A stretch of 57,197 nt of DNA from Thermoleophilaceae bacterium (GTDB taxonomy: Bacteria > Actinomycetota > Thermoleophilia > Solirubrobacterales > Thermoleophilaceae): NCBI GenBank assembly GCA_035264265.1, contig DATFQM010000101.1, positions 1 to 57,197 on the forward strand, written 5' to 3'. Under the pieces are notes generated by a model that saw only the letters and a list, made by a program, of their open reading frames with translations, did no database searches and was not told the origin of the DNA. Below are positions 27,225-35,989 of this stretch, piece by piece. The stretch's first letter is position 1. Every line of letters begins with the position of its first letter. Made by a program: the position numbers and the translations under genes.

Positions 27225-28958
27225 GTGAAGCTGCTCGCCTCAGCAGCTGCCCTCGCCTGCGTCGCCCCGGCCGCCTTGATCGTGGCCCCGGCCCTCTCCT
27301 CCTCCCCCTGGCGGCCCGAGCCGGTGGACTTCGAGCTGGCGCCCCGGTCGGACCCCGTCGTGGCAAGGTCGGCAGGTGGGGCGATGTCGAGGCCGCTGCG
27401 ACCCGGAAAGCGGTTCAACCTAGTGGGCCTGCGCTGGCGGGGGAACGCGCGCCCCGCCGTGGCGATGCGGAGCCGCCGCTCGGGCGGCCGTTGGACGCGC
27501 TGGGTGACGGTGGGCGAGTACACGGAGGACGCGCCGGACCCGGGGCGCGGCGAACCGGAGGCGCACGGCCTCTCGATGCCCGTCTGGGTCGGCGAGGCGG
27601 ACGAGGTCCAGTACCGGCTCAGCCGGCCGGTCAGGGGCCTGCGACTCCACTTCGTGAACGTCCGGGGCACCGCCACCGCCGCCGACCGCGCGCGCACGGC
27701 GGTGCGCCGCGTGGCCAGCGCCGCCGTCAGCTCGATCGCCGGTCTCTTCCGGGGCGGGGCGAAGGCGGCGCAGCCCCAGCCCGCGATCGTCAGTCGCGAG
27801 GACTGGGGCGCAGGCGACTGCCCGCCGCGGAGCGCGCCGGACTACGGCGTCGTCAAGGCGGCCTTCATACACCACACCGTCAACGCGAACGACTACACGC
27901 GCGAGGAGGCTCCCTCGATCGTCCTGGCGATCTGCCGCTTCCACCGCAACTCGAACGGCTGGAACGACATCGGCTACAACTTCGTCGTCGACAAGTTCGG
28001 CACGATCTACGAGGGCCGTGCGGGCGGCGTCGATCAGCCGGTGGTGGGCGCCCAGGCCCAGGGCTACAACGCTCAGAGCACCGGGATCGCCAACCTCGGC
28101 GAGTTCACGAGCGTCAAGCAGACACCCGCGGCGCTCGCGGCGATCGCCAGGCTGATCCGCTGGAAGCTGCCACTGCACGGGATCCCGACCTCCGGCTCCA
28201 CGACGCTGGTCAGCGCGGGCGGCGCCTCCAACAGGTACGCGGCCGGCACCCACGTTGGCGTGCGCCGAATCTCGGGCCACCGCGACGTCGACGCCACGAG
28301 CTGCCCCGGTGACGCGCTTTATGCGCAGCTTCCCGCGCTCCGCATGCTCGTGGGGAGCATCGGGCCCGCCGGCACCGGTACCACGCTAACCGCGAAGCTG
28401 TCGCCGCGGACCATTCGCTACAAGCGCGGCTCGCTGCTGAGCGGCACGCTTGCCTCCAGCGACGGGCGGCCGCTGGTGGGCGAGAGCGTCCGGGCGCAGG
28501 TCCGGCGCGGGCGCCGCTGGCGCACGCTGCGCACGCTCACGAGTAGCGCCGGGGGCACCTTCTCGCTGGTCATGCATCCCCGCGTGAACCGGATGCTGAG
28601 GGTGCATTTCAGCGGCCGCGGCGAGCTGCTGCCGGCGCGCTCACGGACCCTGCGCCTGCTGGTCCGGCCGCTCGTGACGCTGCTCGATCCGCCGGAGCAG
28701 GGCATCAAGGGCAAGCGGGTGCGCCTTCGCGGCACCGTGGCACCGCGCATGCGCCGGCTCCTCCTGGTGCTGCAGCGTCGGCGGAGCGGCCGCTGGGCAA
28801 GAGTCGGGCTGAGGCGGCTCAAGCCGAAGCGCGGACGCTTCCGTGGCTCGTTCCTCCCGGCGACCGCCGGCCGCCTCCGCTACTACGTCGTCTCGCCGGC
28901 GGGTACCTCCAACGCCCGCGGCCGCTCCGCGCTGGTGGAGATCACGGTCACCCGATAG
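27225..28958 (+). CDS. secreted N-acetylmuramoyl-L-alanine amidase (Amidase_2/PGRP domain) with Arg-rich beta-sandwich-like C-terminal repeats
   Basis: Signal peptide KLLASAAALACVAPAALIVAPA. The core is IVSREDWGA..AFIHHTV..NGWNDIGYNFVVDKFGTIYEGRAGG..GHRDVDATSCPGD. Confidence 0.85.
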   Translation: MKLLASAAALACVAPAALIVAPALSSSPWRPEPVDFELAPRSDPVVARSAGGAMSRPLRPGKRFNLVGLRWRGNARPAVAMRSRRSGGRWTRWVTVGEYTEDAPDPGRGEPEAHGLSMPVWVGEADEVQYRLSRPVRGLRLHFVNVRGTATAADRARTAVRRVASAAVSSIAGLFRGGAKAAQPQPAIVSREDWGAGDCPPRSAPDYGVVKAAFIHHTVNANDYTREEAPSIVLAICRFHRNSNGWNDIGYNFVVDKFGTIYEGRAGGVDQPVVGAQAQGYNAQSTGIANLGEFTSVKQTPAALAAIARLIRWKLPLHGIPTSGSTTLVSAGGASNRYAAGTHVGVRRISGHRDVDATSCPGDALYAQLPALRMLVGSIGPAGTGTTLTAKLSPRTIRYKRGSLLSGTLASSDGRPLVGESVRAQVRRGRRWRTLRTLTSSAGGTFSLVMHPRVNRMLRVHFSGRGELLPARSRTLRLLVRPLVTLLDPPEQGIKGKRVRLRGTVAPRMRRLLLVLQRRRSGRWARVGLRRLKPKRGRFRGSFLPATAGRLRYYVVSPAGTSNARGRSALVEITVTR

Positions 28959-28993
28959 CCCCGGCCTCCTGGGCCAGTGTGGGTATTCGCGGC

Positions 28994-29578
28994 CTAGCCC
29001 CAGCCCTGGTAGCGGTCCTCGCTGTAGAGACCCCTTCCGCTCACGAGCAGCCTGACCGTGCGGCCCAGGATGCGCAGGTCGAGCCACAGGGAGCGGTGCT
29101 CCACATACCAGATGTCGAGCTCGATTCGCTTCGGCCAGGGAAGTGAGGTCCGGCCGTTGACCTGGGCCCAGCCGGTGATGCCGGGCTTGACTTCGAGGCG
29201 CCGCCGCTGGCGCTCGGTGTAGCGGTCGACCTGCTCCTGGATCGTGGGCCGCGGGCCCACGATCGACATCTCGCCCGTGATCACGTTGAGGAGGTTGGGC
29301 AGCTCGTCGAGCGACAGCCGGCGTAGCAGCCGGCCGACGCGGGTTATGCGTGGGTCGCCCTCGAGGACGTAGATCCCCGCTCCCATCTCCTCCGCCCCAG
29401 GGACCATCGTCCGCAGCTTCCAGAGGTCGAACGGGACGCCGTTCCTGCCCACCCGGCGCTGGCGGTAGAAGGCCGGGCCGCGGCTCTCGAGCCTTATCGC
29501 GAGGGCGGCTGCTGCTAGCAGCGGCGAGCTGATCGCGAGGAGCACGCTCGCCATCAGTAGGTCCAGCGCGCGGCCCAT
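28994..29578 (-). CDS. polyprenyl-phosphate sugar-phosphate transferase (small 'bacterial sugar transferase' type)
   Basis: ATG 29578. 194 aa. Sequence LLAISSPLLAAAALAIRLESRGPAFYRQRRVG..FDLWKLRTM..DELPNLLNVITGEMSIVGPRP. Confidence 0.9.
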   Translation of the reverse strand: MGRALDLLMASVLLAISSPLLAAAALAIRLESRGPAFYRQRRVGRNGVPFDLWKLRTMVPGAEEMGAGIYVLEGDPRITRVGRLLRRLSLDELPNLLNVITGEMSIVGPRPTIQEQVDRYTERQRRRLEVKPGITGWAQVNGRTSLPWPKRIELDIWYVEHRSLWLDLRILGRTVRLLVSGRGLYSEDRYQGWG

Positions 29579-29602
29579 GGGACTAACGTTGCGCCGGGTC
29601 GG

Positions 29603-30805
29603 ATGCGCATCCTCTACCTGCATCAGTACTTCATGACCCGAGCCGGGATCGGGGGCACGCGCTCCTACGAGTTCGCGCGGCGCTTCGCGGCGCGGGGGCA
29701 CGAGGTGAGCATGGTAACCGTGGCGGCACCCGGCGAGGCCTCGCGGCGTCGGGTCGACGGCATCGACGTGCTCGGCGTGCGCGCGGGGTTCGCCGACTAC
29801 GTCACCGGCACCAAGCTCGCCTATCCGCGGCGGGCGCTCGAGTTCGCCAGGTTCGCAGTCGCCGCCACGACCTGTGTGCTGCGCATGCCACGGCCCGACG
29901 TCATCTACGCGACCTCGCCGCCCCTGACGATGGCACTGCCCGCGCTCGCCGCCGCCCGCCGGCACAGGGTGCCGCTGGTCTTCGAGGTGCGCGACCTGTG
30001 GCCGGAGGCGCCGATCCAGATGGGCGTCCTCACCAACCCGCTGCTGAAGCGGCTGGCGCGAGGGCTCGAGCGCCACGTCTACCGCAGCGCGGCGCACGTG
30101 ATCGCGCTTTCGCCGGGCATGCGTGAGGGCGTGATCGCGGCCGGCACGCCGGCCGGCAAGGTCACGCTCGTCCCCAATGCCTCCGACCTCGAGCTGTTCT
30201 CGCCCGACCGGGACGGGTCCGAGTTCCGAGAGCGGCTTCGCCTCGGCGACCGCTTCGTGTGCAGCTACTTCGGAACGATGGGTGAGGCGAACGACCTCAC
30301 CCAGGTAATCGAGGCGGCGGCGCTGATGGACGACGACGTGCGCTTCGTGCTACACGGCGACGGGAAGCGGCGGCCGGCGCTCGAGCGGCTCGTCCGCGAG
30401 CGAGGGGTCGGGAACGTGGTCTTCTCCGACCCTCTGCCCGACAAGGACTCGGTGGCCCGGCTGGCCGCCGCGTCGGACGCCTGCATGACGATCTACAAGG
30501 ACGTTCCGATCCTCTGCACCTGCTCGCCCAATAAGCTCTTCGATACCTTCGCGGCGGGCAGGGCCGCCATCGTCAACACGCCCGGCTGGCTGCAGCAGCT
30601 GGTCGAGCAGGGCGAGGCGGGGGTTTACGTGCGGCCCGCAGACCCGGCCCACCTGGCCGACCGCGTGGCGTTCATGCGCGACCACCCCGAGCTCGTAGAG
30701 CGGTACGGGCGCAACGCGCGCAAGCTCGCCGAGACCGAGTTCAGCCGCGACATGCTCACGGAGCGCGCGCTCGGCGTGCTGGAGCGGGCCGCCGCCGGGC
30801 GCTGA
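29603..30805 (+). CDS. glycosyltransferase family 4 (GT-B)
   Basis: MRILYLHQYF..GGTRSYEFARRFAARGHEV, with a C-terminal GT1-type domain (..SYFGTMGEANDL..PNKLFDTFAAGRAAI). Confidence 0.9.
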   Translation: MRILYLHQYFMTRAGIGGTRSYEFARRFAARGHEVSMVTVAAPGEASRRRVDGIDVLGVRAGFADYVTGTKLAYPRRALEFARFAVAATTCVLRMPRPDVIYATSPPLTMALPALAAARRHRVPLVFEVRDLWPEAPIQMGVLTNPLLKRLARGLERHVYRSAAHVIALSPGMREGVIAAGTPAGKVTLVPNASDLELFSPDRDGSEFRERLRLGDRFVCSYFGTMGEANDLTQVIEAAALMDDDVRFVLHGDGKRRPALERLVRERGVGNVVFSDPLPDKDSVARLAAASDACMTIYKDVPILCTCSPNKLFDTFAAGRAAIVNTPGWLQQLVEQGEAGVYVRPADPAHLADRVAFMRDHPELVERYGRNARKLAETEFSRDMLTERALGVLERAAAGR

Positions 30806-30807
30806 CC

Positions 30808-31785
30808 ATGCTGCTCTCCTACTGCGTCGTCAATACCAACGGCCGCGACTGCCTACTGGCCTGTCTCGACGCGATCGAGCGCACGCACCCGGAGGGGGTT
30901 GAGAGCGAGGTGCTGGTCCTGGACAACGCCTCGGACGACGGCTCGGCGGAGGCCGTGCGAGGGCGCGGGCTTCGTCTCGTCGCCCTCGATCGTCGGGACG
31001 GCAAGGCCGCCAACGACTCGCGCCTGCTCGGCGAGGCCAGGGGACGCTACTGCCTCCTGCTGAACGAGGACTCCGAGCTCCACCCGGGAGCCACCCGGGC
31101 ATTGCTGGACGCACTCGAGGCGGACCCCGCGGCGGCTGCCGCGGGCGCACAGCTATTCACCTCCGAGGGTCGGCCCAAGGCCTGCGCCTGGCGATTCCCG
31201 GGGCTCGGCTGGGCCCTCGCCGGGGCCCTGTTCCTCCACGACCGCTACGCGGTGCAGAGCCGCGGCGACACCGTCCGGGAGGTCGGCTGGACCCAGTCGA
31301 GCGCGATGCTGGTGAGACGGGAGGCAGCGGAGCGAGTGGGCTTCCTCGACCCGGCCTTCTTCGTCTACTCGGACGAGACCGACTTCTGCAAGCGGCTGCA
31401 CGACGCCGGCTGGCGAGTGCTGTACGTGCCGGCGGCCCGCGCGACTCATCATGACCAGCTCTCCACGGACCGGGACGCGATGCGGCGGCGCATCGTGGAG
31501 TTCCACCGCGGTCGGGACCGCTACATGCGCAAGCACGCACCCGTCGCGACGAGGGTCGCGTGGAGGACCCTCTGGGCCTGGTCCTATCTCCTTAGGGCGC
31601 TGGCCGCCCTCGTGCTCCCGAGGCGCCACCCTGCCCGGTACTGGCGGCACGCCATGCAGGAGCTGGCACCGGGCCGCGGCGAAGGCGTCCGGGAGGCGGC
31701 GGAGGCCCACAACCGGCGTTTGCGGGCGACCCCGCCCTCAGGCACGCCGTTCGGTGGGCCGAAGGCCACCAAACGGGCCGGCTGA
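30808..31785 (+). CDS. glycosyltransferase family 2 (GT-A)
   Basis: LSYCVVNTNGRDCLLACLDAI..VLVLDNASDDGS..LLLNEDSEL..FVYSDETDFCKRL. Confidence 0.9.
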   Translation: MLLSYCVVNTNGRDCLLACLDAIERTHPEGVESEVLVLDNASDDGSAEAVRGRGLRLVALDRRDGKAANDSRLLGEARGRYCLLLNEDSELHPGATRALLDALEADPAAAAAGAQLFTSEGRPKACAWRFPGLGWALAGALFLHDRYAVQSRGDTVREVGWTQSSAMLVRREAAERVGFLDPAFFVYSDETDFCKRLHDAGWRVLYVPAARATHHDQLSTDRDAMRRRIVEFHRGRDRYMRKHAPVATRVAWRTLWAWSYLLRALAALVLPRRHPARYWRHAMQELAPGRGEGVREAAEAHNRRLRATPPSGTPFGGPKATKRAG

Positions 31786-31815
31786 GACCGATTCCTTGTC
31801 TAAGGTGCGCCGGTA

Positions 31816-33327
31816 GTGGAGCACCCCGACGTCGCCCAGGTCGCCGCGCTTGGGGGCGCGCTGGGTTCGGTCCTGGCGCTGCTCGCCCGGGGCCGGCTCT
31901 CGCTGCTCGCGGGCCTCCTGCTGCTCCTCGTCGCCGAGGCCGGCCTCGCCCTCGCGCTGGGTGGGGGGCCGGCCGACAAGCTCACCTCTGCGAGCGGCGG
32001 CGCCGCCGCCCTGTTGGGCCTGGGCGTCCTTGCCGCCGCGACCGCCCTGCTCGTCCGACGTCCGGCGCTCGTTCCGGTGGTCGTGCTCGCCACGGCGCCC
32101 CTGAGGCCGCCTATCGAGTACGACCCGTCGAGCGCGGTGCTCGTCTCCATCGCCACCAACGGCGCCCTCGGGCGGCTGCTGCCGCTGTACTTCGTGCTGC
32201 TCGCAGCCGTGGCGGCGGTCGGCTGGCGGACGTTGCGCGGCTCGCGGCCCCGTGGGCTGCCCCGCGTCGTGGCGCTGCCGGCCGCGGCGTTCTTCGCCTT
32301 TGCCCTCGTCTCCCTCCTTTGGGCGGACGATCTCGAGGCGGGCGCCAACCTGATCGCCTTTTTCACTCTCCCCTTTGTCGCGCTGATGGCCACGGTCGCC
32401 CGCGCTCCCTATCCCGACTGGTTGCCCCGGGCGCTGGCGAGGGTGGCGATCGCGCTCGGGCTGCTGTTCGCGGCGCTCGGCCTATGGCAGGCCGCCACGC
32501 ACAAGCTGTTCTTCTTCGCGCCCAACCTGGAGGTGTCCAACGCCAACACGGACTACTTCCGCGTGACCTCGCTGTTCGGGGACCCGAGCCTGTACGGGCG
32601 CCATCTGGTCCTTGCGCTCGGCGTGGTGCTCGTGCTGCTCGCCACACGTCGCCTCGAGCCCCGTATCGGGCTGCCCCTGCTCGCGGTCATGTGGGCGGGC
32701 CTCCTGTTCAGCTACTCGCAGTCGAGCATGGTCGCCCTGCTCGTGGTGGCGCTTGCCGTCGCGCTCGCCACGGGCGACCGCGGGGTTCGCCGGGCGGTGG
32801 TGGTGGCGGCGGCGGTCGCCGTCCTGGCCGTGGCTGGCTATGCGGCCTGGCAGCTCGTCTCCGGCGACTCGCTCAACCAGCTGACGAGCGACCGCACGGC
32901 GCGGGTTCAGGAGACGACCCGGGTGATCGCCCATCATCCGCTGGCCGGCGTAGGGCTCGGAGGACAGCCCAGGGCCAGCCGCGCGCTCGCACACAGCGAC
33001 CGGCCGACTCCCAACTTCGTCTCCCACACGACCCCCCTGACCGTGGCCGCCGAGATCGGGATCGTAGGCGTGGGCCTCTATCTGTGGCTGCTCGTGGGCG
33101 GCGCGCGCCTGCTCGCGGCCGTAACCCGCCTGGACGGGGCGGTCGGCCTGGCGCTGGGCGCCTCGTTCCTGGCCCTGTTCGTGCACGCCCTCTCGTACAG
33201 CGGCTTCCTCGAGGACCCGATCACCTGGGTCGTGCTCGGGGTGGGAGCGGGCTTTCTGTCGTGGCCTCGCCGTGACGAGGGTCCCCCGGAGAGACGGCCC
33301 CCGCGTGAGGCGGCGGTAACGCCGTGA
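31816..33327 (+). CDS. O-antigen ligase/polymerase-like (Wzy_C-type) polytopic membrane protein
   Basis: 503 aa, more than 10 hydrophobic segments. The loop GLLFSYSQSSMVALLVVALAVALATGDRG and the later periplasmic loop with conserved Arg/His are typical of the O-antigen ligase family. Confidence 0.75.
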   Translation: MEHPDVAQVAALGGALGSVLALLARGRLSLLAGLLLLLVAEAGLALALGGGPADKLTSASGGAAALLGLGVLAAATALLVRRPALVPVVVLATAPLRPPIEYDPSSAVLVSIATNGALGRLLPLYFVLLAAVAAVGWRTLRGSRPRGLPRVVALPAAAFFAFALVSLLWADDLEAGANLIAFFTLPFVALMATVARAPYPDWLPRALARVAIALGLLFAALGLWQAATHKLFFFAPNLEVSNANTDYFRVTSLFGDPSLYGRHLVLALGVVLVLLATRRLEPRIGLPLLAVMWAGLLFSYSQSSMVALLVVALAVALATGDRGVRRAVVVAAAVAVLAVAGYAAWQLVSGDSLNQLTSDRTARVQETTRVIAHHPLAGVGLGGQPRASRALAHSDRPTPNFVSHTTPLTVAAEIGIVGVGLYLWLLVGGARLLAAVTRLDGAVGLALGASFLALFVHALSYSGFLEDPITWVVLGVGAGFLSWPRRDEGPPERRPPREAAVTP

Positions 33328-34712
33328 GCGAGGCCGGGGAGCGCCTCGGCCAGCTCGGGGCGTGGTCGCTGCTCGGCGTCCTCTTTGCGATCGTCGCGAT
33401 CACGCTCCCGGAGCTCGGCTCGAACCCGTGGCCCTTCCGCCCGCCATCGGTGGACCCCGAGGGACCCCTCGCCCCCCTGGTGCGGGCCGCCGGCGAGGAG
33501 TGGGACGTGGGTATCGCCAGGGCTGCCTGTTTCGTCGCGGCGCTGGCGTGTGGGGGGGCCGGGCTCACGCTGTTCTCCAGGCGGAGCTGGCCTGCCTGGG
33601 CGGGCATCGGGGTCGTGCTCGCCGTGGCGCTCCTCCTACTGGTCCCCTCGAGCTTCCTTCAGCTCGGCCTGCGGGACTCCACCGCGCCGTGGTTCTTTAC
33701 CAACGACTCGACGTATCAGATCGACCTTGCCGGAGAGCTCCTCCTGGACGGCCACGACCCCTACGGGCACGACTACCGCGGCAGCGGCCTGGAGCGCTTC
33801 TACACCTTCGACGGCACGGTCTCCCCGCGGGTCCTGGAGCGCGAGGTCGCCCTGCGTCACTACGCCTACTTCCCGGGCACGATCGTGACCGCCGCCGCGT
33901 GGCGGGCGCTGCCGCGGCCATTCGACGACTTCCGGCTTTTCGTGCTCGTGTGCACGGTCCTCATGCTCTTCGCGGCCCTCGCCTTCCGTGCTCCCATCGC
34001 ATGGCGACTGGGCATCGGCGCGATCCTGGTCTGCAACCCGATCGCGGTCCGCTCGGCCTGGTTCGGCCAGAACGACGCCCCCAGCCTGCTCCTGCTCGTG
34101 CTGTCCTTCGCGCTCGTCACCCGGGCGCGCTACGGCTGGGCGGCGGCGAGCCTGGCAGGAGCCGTGCTGCTCAAGCAGTTCGCGGTCGTGGCCCTGCCCT
34201 TCATCGCACTGATGCTGGTGAAGCGGGGCGCCGACCGCGCCGAGCTGCGCCGCGCCGGGCTCGTGTTCGCCGCTGTCCTGGCCGTGGGGATCCTGCCGTT
34301 CCTCGTGTGGGACCCGGCCGCCTTCTGGCGCGACACGGTCAAGTACGGCGCCGGGACCTACAGGATCGTGGGCTACGGGCTGTCGGGGATCTTGGTCCGG
34401 CTGGGCATTCTCGCCGACCGCGAGGGGTCCTACCCGTTCGCGCTCTTCGCGCTCGTTCTCTGGCTGCCGCTCACGGTCTGGCTGCTGCTCGTCCAGCGAC
34501 GGGCCAGGGAGCTATGGGTGGGCGCTGCGGCGTTCTCCATCTCGATCCTGGTCCTGATGTTCATCGGCCGCACCTTCAACAACTACTACCTCGTGTGGCC
34601 GCTCACGGGGGCAGCCGTGGCGGCGCTCATGGCCGCCGGTGAGAGGACTTTCGCTTCCTCGATCGCCGCCCCCTCCTCGGCTCCAGTGCGAACAGGTTCG
34701 TCCGCCCCGTGA
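33324..34712 (+). CDS. GT-C-fold membrane glycosyltransferase-like protein (DUF2029/GT87-like)
   Basis: GTGA overlap with the upstream gene. Polytopic. An N-proximal loop NDSTYQIDLAGELLLDGHDPYG resembles the Dx..Y..G..PY loop of polyprenol-phosphate-sugar-dependent transferases. Confidence 0.6.
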   Translation: MSEAGERLGQLGAWSLLGVLFAIVAITLPELGSNPWPFRPPSVDPEGPLAPLVRAAGEEWDVGIARAACFVAALACGGAGLTLFSRRSWPAWAGIGVVLAVALLLLVPSSFLQLGLRDSTAPWFFTNDSTYQIDLAGELLLDGHDPYGHDYRGSGLERFYTFDGTVSPRVLEREVALRHYAYFPGTIVTAAAWRALPRPFDDFRLFVLVCTVLMLFAALAFRAPIAWRLGIGAILVCNPIAVRSAWFGQNDAPSLLLLVLSFALVTRARYGWAAASLAGAVLLKQFAVVALPFIALMLVKRGADRAELRRAGLVFAAVLAVGILPFLVWDPAAFWRDTVKYGAGTYRIVGYGLSGILVRLGILADREGSYPFALFALVLWLPLTVWLLLVQRRARELWVGAAAFSISILVLMFIGRTFNNYYLVWPLTGAAVAALMAAGERTFASSIAAPSSAPVRTGSSAP

Positions 34713-35976
34713 CGTAGATCCTCCTCGAATCCGACACCACCGGGTTCGCGAACGTGCCGGCGGGGAAGCGCCATATCACCCGCCCCGTGCCGGCGCTCAG
34801 CGCGTAGGTGCCGTCGGGCCCGTGCTTAACGGCACGCGACGCCGCTTGCCCGCAGCTGCTGCACACCGCGAAGTAGACGAGGCCGTTCATCACCGTGGGC
34901 GCCGCATGCACTGCCGAGGGCGCGGACCGCTTCCAGATCACGTCGCCGGTGGCGGCGTCCAGCGCGTAGAAGTTGCCGTCGTAGGTGCCAACGAACACAC
35001 GGCGCTTCGAGATCGCCGCGCCCGAGTAGACGTAGGTGCCGAGCGGCCGTGCCCAACGGAGCTTGCCCGTCCTCGCCCCGTATACGTACATGGTCCCGTC
35101 GGTGTTCCCGATGTAGACGCGCCCGTACGCCACGGCCGGGGTGGCGTAGAAGAACTCGCGGGATCCGAACTTGGAGTGCGATTGGACGCTCCAGCGCAGC
35201 TTGCCGGTGCGCGCGTTGAGCGCGTAGAGCGTCCCCCCGTCGGAGGCGATGTAGACCGTGCCCCTCCAGTAGGCGGCCGACGTGTTGATCTCGTCGTCGC
35301 CCTTGAAACTCCAGCGCTGGCGGCCGGTCCGGGCGTCGACGGCGTGCACGCGGTGGTCCCAGGCGCCGTAGTAGAGCGTCCGCTTCACCAGCAGCGGCGA
35401 GGACTCGATCGGCGCCCCCTTGCGCTTCCAGATCTTCCTGCCCGTATCGGCATTCCATGCGATCAGGAAGCCGGTGGCGCCGGGGCGGGACTGCGGGCAG
35501 TTCACGCGGTCCATCCATGCCTGGTAGACGACATGGCGGGCGATCGTGGGCGACGAGGCCGAGCAGCGATGTGTCGTCTTCCGCCACCTGACCCGGCCGG
35601 TCTTGGCGTTGATGGCGAAGAAGAGCCCTTTCTGCTGCGCGAGGTACACGTGGCCGTAGGCGACCGAGGGAGGGAACTCCAGCGTGTTGTGGGCGCTGGC
35701 CGACCACAGGCGGCGATAGGGAGGGCGGTGCCGAAACGGCGACAGGTGGTCGCGCTCCCGGTCGTAGGCGAAGGTGGGCCAGGGGACCGGGTTCTCCGGG
35801 TTGGGGTTAGGCCTTGGCTCCGGTGCGGTGACGAACTCCTCGGTGGCCGAGCCGCGCTTCCGGGTGGGCTGATTCTGGTCGTGGACGTACTTCCCTATCG
35901 CAGCGCCCAGGGCGATTGCGGCAAAGGCGCCCGCGATGAGCAGGCGGCGGCGATTCACGCGGCCGAAGGATGGCAA
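34627..35976 (-). CDS. membrane-anchored PQQ-like (BamB-type) beta-propeller repeat protein
   Basis: N-terminal TM helix RRRLLIAGAFAAIALGAAIG. Repeated blades occur throughout (GLFFAINAKTGRVRWRK, LIAWNADTGRKIWKR, VHAVDARTGRQRWSF, LYALNARTGKLRWSV, MYVYGARTGKLRWAR, FYALDAATGDVIWKR, TYALSAGTGRVIWRF). Confidence 0.85.
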   Translation of the reverse strand: MPSFGRVNRRRLLIAGAFAAIALGAAIGKYVHDQNQPTRKRGSATEEFVTAPEPRPNPNPENPVPWPTFAYDRERDHLSPFRHRPPYRRLWSASAHNTLEFPPSVAYGHVYLAQQKGLFFAINAKTGRVRWRKTTHRCSASSPTIARHVVYQAWMDRVNCPQSRPGATGFLIAWNADTGRKIWKRKGAPIESSPLLVKRTLYYGAWDHRVHAVDARTGRQRWSFKGDDEINTSAAYWRGTVYIASDGGTLYALNARTGKLRWSVQSHSKFGSREFFYATPAVAYGRVYIGNTDGTMYVYGARTGKLRWARPLGTYVYSGAAISKRRVFVGTYDGNFYALDAATGDVIWKRSAPSAVHAAPTVMNGLVYFAVCSSCGQAASRAVKHGPDGTYALSAGTGRVIWRFPAGTFANPVVSDSRRIYVTGRTNLFALEPRRGRRSRKRKSSHRRP

Positions 35977-35989
35977 AGCGTCCCGCCGC

